From Candidatus Bathyarchaeota archaeon (GTDB lineage: Archaea > Thermoproteota > Bathyarchaeia > Bathyarchaeales > Bathycorpusculaceae): 64,000 bases of DNA. The position numbers and the translations under genes were made by a program. The stretch lies in assembly GCA_963832745.1 (NCBI GenBank), contig CAWHVC010000003.1, forward strand, positions 192,001 to 256,000. Reading direction: 5' to 3'. Below are positions 59,252-64,000 of this stretch, one piece after another. Each line of letters starts with the position of its first letter. Within the stretch, counting starts at the first letter, position 1. Under the pieces are notes generated by a model. The model was not told the DNA's origin. It was given only the letters and a program-made list of their open reading frames with translations, and ran no database searches.

Positions 59252-59320
59252 TCACCATGATTTAACTCTAAACATGCAATTAAATTTAATCCTAAAGCAA
59301 AGGGTAAAAGGAAAAGAGTG

Positions 59321-60457
59321 TTAGTTTTTGTTTGCAGTTTGGCTGTTGTTTTTGTTGTGAAGCTCTGCCAGTTTAAGAATGGTTTCTTTGTAGACGGCTA
59401 TAGCGTTTAAGTATTCTTGGATTTCAATGTGTTCGTCAACTGTGTGGTCAAGATGTGAATCTCCAGGGCCATAAGTTACTATTGGCAAATTCATGGCTTT
59501 TCCCAGAAGGTTCATGTCCCCAGTGCCTGTTTTCCGTAGCAACGTTGCAGGTCTGTTTAGCACTTTGCGGACTGATGAAGAAATAACGTGAACAAGCGGT
59601 GAAGACTTATTTGCTTCAAACGGCTCCACAGTATCTTGCACGGATGCTTTAATGTTGACTTCTGGGTTTGCATTTTGATAGTTTCCAATTATCTTCATCA
59701 TTTTATCGTAAACTTGTGCGGTTGTAAATTGTATGGGTACACGGACGTCAAGCATCATTTCAGCTTCAAAAGGAATAACAGAGTTTCCTTCCCCACCAAC
59801 CATTTTCACAAGACACACGGTTATTGAAGTGAAGGGTGTTTCTTGGGGGTCTATCGAAGGGAAAGCACAAGCTGACTTAATTTTTTCCCATAACTCATAC
59901 GCTTTTTCGAGCGCGTTATCATAAAGCCAAGGTGTTGAAGCGTGACCAGTTTCAGTTTTAACTACAATTTTTAGCTGAATCTGCCCTTTGTAACCAACAG
60001 TAATATTTTCGACTCCGCTGGGTTCACCAAAAACGGCGTAATCAGCTTCTATACCCTGAGTGATAAGGTGACGAACGCCTTTGCTTGTTGCTTCCTCTTC
60101 CACAACGCTTGCAATAAGGATTTTGCCTTTAAAATTGGGGTCTTTTGAAGCTGCGACCGCTGCCATGACCATTGCGGCTAAGGGTCCTTTTGCGTCGACT
60201 GCGCCTCGAGCGTAAATTTTGCCTTCTTCAATGCGGAGCGGCATGTGTCCTGCAACGGTGTCCATGTGACCACAAAGCAGGATAACTGGTTCGCCGTCAC
60301 CGACTACACCGATTACGTTGCCTATTGTGTCTATGCCGACTTCAAAGCCCATATTTTTCATTTCGAGGGCTAAAAAGTTGGCTATGTCTTGTTCTTTGCC
60401 GCTGGGGCTGTAAATGCCAAGTAGGTTAGTTAGAAACCGTACTGCTTGCTCGTTCAT
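59321..60457 (-). CDS. lysK: [LysW]-lysine/[LysW]-ornithine hydrolase (M20)
   Basis: YSPSG.E, GHMDTV, RGAVDAKG, VEEE, YGPGDS.LDHT..E. Confidence 0.9.
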   Translation of the reverse strand: MNEQAVRFLTNLLGIYSPSGKEQDIANFLALEMKNMGFEVGIDTIGNVIGVVGDGEPVILLCGHMDTVAGHMPLRIEEGKIYARGAVDAKGPLAAMVMAAVAASKDPNFKGKILIASVVEEEATSKGVRHLITQGIEADYAVFGEPSGVENITVGYKGQIQLKIVVKTETGHASTPWLYDNALEKAYELWEKIKSACAFPSIDPQETPFTSITVCLVKMVGGEGNSVIPFEAEMMLDVRVPIQFTTAQVYDKMMKIIGNYQNANPEVNIKASVQDTVEPFEANKSSPLVHVISSSVRKVLNRPATLLRKTGTGDMNLLGKAMNLPIVTYGPGDSHLDHTVDEHIEIQEYLNAIAVYKETILKLAELHNKNNSQTANKN

Positions 60458-61637
60458 TTTCTTCTTCTCCTAACGCTTCATCTAATGTTTTTACTGCTTT
60501 GTCGATTTGTTCTTTGGTAATTATCAAGGGAGGCAAGATGCGGATTACGGTTCTGCCAGCGTCTATAACAAGAACACCTTTGCTTATTGTTTTCATAATT
60601 ACGCCATAAACGTCATAGCGTAATTCAATGCCAAGCATTAAGCCTAAACCGCGCACTTCTTTGACGATTTTGTGTTTGGCAGCAACTGCTTCAAGTTGTT
60701 CTTTGAAGTATTTTCCGTTAACTGCAGCTTTACCAGCTAAGTCTTCTTCCAGCAAGGCGTCGATTGCGGCGCATCCTGCTGCACAAACAAGTGGGCTGCC
60801 GCTGAAAGTTGTTGAGTGTTCACCGATTTTAAGGGTGGACATGAGGTCTTCTCTTGCAACGGTTATGCCGATTGGTAAGCCACCTGCGAACGGTTTGGCG
60901 AGGCACATGATGTCTGGTGTTACATCCCAGTTTTGGCATCCAAAGAGTTTGCCTGTACGTCCAAAACTTGACTGAACCTCATCAAGAATAAGAAGAACAC
61001 CTTTTTCAGTGCAGATTTCCCGTACCTGTTGCAGGTAACCGTCTGGTGGAACGCGGATTCCGCCTTCTCCACGGATGGGTTCGATTATGACTGCGGCGGT
61101 TTTGTCGGTTATTGCTTCCCGTATCTTGTCCGGATTGTCGGGTGCAACATGTTTTATGTCGGGTATTAGTGGCATGAAGGGTTCGCGGTATTTTTTGTCC
61201 CATGTAAGGGATAAAGCACCCATTGTTTTGCCATGATAAGCACCCATTACGCCGATAATTTCTGTTTTACCGGTTGCTTTCCGTGCAAGTTTTATTGCAC
61301 ATTCTACCGATTCAGCGCCGCTGTTTGAAAGAAACGCTTTATCCAAGCCTTTGGGGGTAATACTGACTAGTTTTTGGATGAATTCAGCGCGTTTATCATT
61401 GTAGTAGCAACTATGCAGTGTAATGAGTTGTTCTACTTGGGTTTTTACAGCTTCAACAATTTTTGGGTGACAATGCCCAAGTGCAGCTACGCCGTAACTG
61501 CTTGCGCAGTCAAGATATTCTTTACCGTTAATATCCCACAGCAGTGCGCCTTTACCGCGTGTGAATACAAGTGGCTTTTTAGAGAAAACGTTAGCCAAAT
61601 AACGTGTTTCAATATCCATTATTTCTTTTTCATTCAC
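60426..61637 (-). CDS. lysJ: [LysW]-semialdehyde transaminase / acetylornithine aminotransferase
   Basis: Class III PLP: SNSGAESVE, HGKTMG, DEVQ, LAK. Confidence 0.88.
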   Translation of the reverse strand: MNEKEIMDIETRYLANVFSKKPLVFTRGKGALLWDINGKEYLDCASSYGVAALGHCHPKIVEAVKTQVEQLITLHSCYYNDKRAEFIQKLVSITPKGLDKAFLSNSGAESVECAIKLARKATGKTEIIGVMGAYHGKTMGALSLTWDKKYREPFMPLIPDIKHVAPDNPDKIREAITDKTAAVIIEPIRGEGGIRVPPDGYLQQVREICTEKGVLLILDEVQSSFGRTGKLFGCQNWDVTPDIMCLAKPFAGGLPIGITVAREDLMSTLKIGEHSTTFSGSPLVCAAGCAAIDALLEEDLAGKAAVNGKYFKEQLEAVAAKHKIVKEVRGLGLMLGIELRYDVYGVIMKTISKGVLVIDAGRTVIRILPPLIITKEQIDKAVKTLDEALGEEENERASSTVSN

Positions 61638-62439
61638 TAGTTATCACTGTACCAACTTGATGATTAAGAACTGAAGTTATAGGCTGCTTAGCAGTTCCTG
61701 AAGTTACAAGAACCTCTTTGACGCCTTGATTGAGCGCTTCCAAACCTGCATGAACTTTGGTGCTCATGCCACCGCCGATTTTAGATAGAACCTCTTTGAC
61801 TTCGGTTGCAGCGATTTTTGGCACACGCTCGCCTTTAAGAATTAAACCTTCAACATCAGTTAATAGAATAAGTTTATCTGCTTTTAAGGCACCTGCGACT
61901 ATTGCGGCTGTTCTGTCGCCATCCACGTTTAGGGGTTCACAGTCTTGACTTAACGCAATCGGAGTCACGATTGGCACGTAGCCTTTTTCAAGCAGCAGAT
62001 TAAGCAACTCAGTGTTTACTTGAGTAATTTTGCCTGTATAGCCACCATCGATAACTTTTTTCCGTCCACGCTCATCAACAACGATTAAGCGCGTTTTACG
62101 TTCAGCTTTCAAGATTCCAGCATCTAATCCGCTTAAGCCTACAGCGGGCAATCCTTGGGCTTCAAGAGCCAACACGATTTGTTTGTTAAGTTTGCCCGCC
62201 ATGACCATGGTGTAGATTTCGATGGTTTCTTTGTCGGTGTAGCGACTGCGGAAACCTTCAGGTGACATGATGAATTTTTGTTCTTTGCCAAGTTTAGCGG
62301 CGATTTCGGTAACTTCCACTCCGCCTCCATGGACGAGAACGACTTTATGTTCTTTGGCGACTTCTTTTAGGTCGGATACTAGGTCGCTGGATGCACCTTC
62401 TTTCAGGATGCTTCCACCCATTTTAATAACAAGCAGCAT
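61630..62439 (-). CDS. lysZ: [LysW]-aminoadipate/[LysW]-glutamate kinase
   Basis: KMGGS, VHGGG, SPEGFRSRYTD, basic insert ERGRKKVIDGGYTG, NVDGDR. Confidence 0.9.
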   Translation of the reverse strand: MLLVIKMGGSILKEGASSDLVSDLKEVAKEHKVVLVHGGGVEVTEIAAKLGKEQKFIMSPEGFRSRYTDKETIEIYTMVMAGKLNKQIVLALEAQGLPAVGLSGLDAGILKAERKTRLIVVDERGRKKVIDGGYTGKITQVNTELLNLLLEKGYVPIVTPIALSQDCEPLNVDGDRTAAIVAGALKADKLILLTDVEGLILKGERVPKIAATEVKEVLSKIGGGMSTKVHAGLEALNQGVKEVLVTSGTAKQPITSVLNHQVGTVITSE

Positions 62440-62445
62440 GGTAAA

Positions 62446-63500
62446 TCACATCGGGTGGAACCCAGTGCTCTTAAGGCCTGTGGTTTCGTCTATTCCCATG
62501 AGCAAATTGAGGCATTGTACACCTTGTCCTGAAGCGCCCTTGCACATGTTATCAATGGCTGAGAACATCATTAAACGGTTTGTGTGCTCATCAATCTCGA
62601 AAGCCGACGTCACAGAAGTTTGTACCTAAGGTGATTTTGGGGTCTGGAAGCTGGTAGGGTCCCTTCTGGTATTTGACTAAGCGCACAAACGGCTCGTTTC
62701 CATACATGCCGCGTAGCGCTTTCCAAAGGTCCTTGCTGGCTATGGGTTGTTTAGGATAAGCGTGAATGGTTGCTAAGATGCCGCGTACCATGTTTACGGC
62801 GTGTGGCGTAAAACCGATTTTTACGGGTTGAGTACTCAACGCAGATAGTTCTTGTTCTACTTCGGCTGTGTGACGGTGCCCAGCAACTTGGTATGGACGT
62901 ACACCACCGAAACGTTCAGGGTGATGTGAAGCGAGGGTTGGTTTACTTCCGCCTCCAGAACTGCCGACTTTGAGGTCAACCACGATTTTGTCGGGGTCAA
63001 CAAGGCCTGCTTTAACGATTGGTGCTAAACCTAAGATGGCGCTTGTTGCCATGCAACCGGGGCAAGCGACGAGTTTAGCATTTTTGATTTCTTCTCTGAT
63101 GAAGCTCGGGCAGTCCGTATACTGCGTCTTTAAGCATGTCGGGGTGAGCATGTTTCCAGCCGTAGTAGGTTTCGTAGTCGACTGGGTTTTTGAGGCGAAA
63201 ATCGGCGCTCATGTCAATGACTTTTAAGCCTACCTCAAGCAGTTTAGGAACCAAGTTTACTGAGCCTCCATGTGGAGTGGCTGTGAATATTAAGTCACAG
63301 TTTTTTTGAAGTTCAGCCATGTCTTGGGGTACAAATTTAAGTTGAGTTAAACCTCGAAGGTTTGGGTGAACGTTGAAAATGTATTCGCCGGCGCTTTGAC
63401 GTGAAGTAACCATTGTTACCTCTGCCTGCGGATGTAAAAGTAGCAACCGCAAGAGTTCCCCGCCAACGTATCCTGAACCACCAATTATTCCGATTCTCAT
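62446..63500 (-). pseudogene. argC: LysY/ArgC phosphate reductase interrupted by two +1 frameshifts
   Basis: GGSGYVG...YGLPELH | REEIK..CPGC...NFCDVGF | EIDEHTNRL..SAIDNMCKGASGQGVQCLN; extra base near 63098 and near 62599. Confidence 0.85.
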
Positions 63501-63534
63501 TCTTGTTTGCTCTCCCTAAAGGTTGATTTGGTTT

Positions 63535-63999
63535 TTAGTTGATTAGGCTTTGTGCAGCCTTTAATAGTGGAATAGCCACGTTTAGGCCTGTTACGAGTCG
63601 GGTGTTTTCCCAGAACTCGGGGCAAGAATTTGCCTCATGAAACACGAGGGCATTCTTGTTATTTTCTATACTTTCATCAATTACATTTTTAACTTTCTGG
63701 TATGGATCTGAGCTTGCATAGGCACTGAAAGTTTGTTCCAACTTTCCGTTCCATGTTGGAAAATCAGTTAGACGTGTCTCGTCCGCTTTAACCTTCTGTA
63801 CGGGCAGGTAAGCGTTTGCTGCTAAGTCAAGCTGAGTTTTTAGGTAATCTTCTGTTACATTGTTTTTTTCTGTAACATTTACCATGGCGTCAAGCGCAAA
63901 AATCCAAGCGTCACTACCCTTGCCAAGGGTGTCGCCGGATTTGACTGCTAAATCAATCACACTTTGGGGCAGTTTGGCTTCAAACACTAGGTTACCAAG
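63535..63999 (-). CDS. RimK/LysX/ArgX-like ATP-grasp ligase, C-terminal part (runs off right edge)
   Basis: LAVK....LG...ALD ... LVFHEANSCPEF...TGLNVA resembles the ATP-grasp C-terminus (HEVN..PEF...TG.DIA); located upstream of lysY. Confidence 0.65.
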   Translation of the reverse strand, partial: LGNLVFEAKLPQSVIDLAVKSGDTLGKGSDAWIFALDAMVNVTEKNNVTEDYLKTQLDLAANAYLPVQKVKADETRLTDFPTWNGKLEQTFSAYASSDPYQKVKNVIDESIENNKNALVFHEANSCPEFWENTRLVTGLNVAIPLLKAAQSLIN

Positions 64000-64000
64000 G

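Noticed and set aside
62590-63105. Programmed frameshifting in argC
   Set aside because: No slippery heptamer or long homopolymer at either site, and two events would be required
1236-63227. Numerous 60-175 aa ORFs antisense to or overlapping recognised genes (e.g. 20472-20960, 35202-35705, 41265-41792, 48422-48934)
   Set aside because: Shadow ORFs of well-supported genes, with no motifs of their own
1-64000. CRISPR array, tRNA, rRNA, transposase or integrase
   Set aside because: I saw no regularly spaced repeats, cloverleaf or rRNA-like segments, or DDE/tyrosine-recombinase motifs

Overview
Archaeal chromosomal segment. It carries TFB, L7Ae/S28e/L24e/L40e, Gar1, Alba, archease, RPA and Hsp20. 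The many TTG/GTG starts and the secreted beta-propeller proteins fit Bathyarchaeia (inference). Most of the window is amino-acid biosynthesis: a complete dapA-dapB-asd-lysA-dapF-dapL lysine operon, thrB-thrC-hom-aspartokinase, argG-argH-carA-carB, the DUF39/NIL-ferredoxin/ApbE-like homocysteine module, and a LysW-type (ArgX/LysX-LysY-LysZ-LysJ-LysK) cluster at the right edge. An accessory stretch at about 49.5-59.3 kb holds a GIY-YIG nuclease, VapBC, an atypical K+ channel and a 1449-aa Fe-S nuclease-SF1 helicase. Most notable observations: (1) an unexplained dispersed intergenic repeat family with at least 6 copies, two pairs of which bracket single genes; (2) a CDF-type membrane protein between two winged-helix domains; (3) a non-canonical start for argG, most likely AUA, and possibly an ACG start for argH; (4) a LysX-like ligase with a large insertion, beside a doubly frameshifted lysY/argC. 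I saw no rRNA, tRNA, CRISPR array or transposase. All calls come from motif recognition by eye, not database searches.
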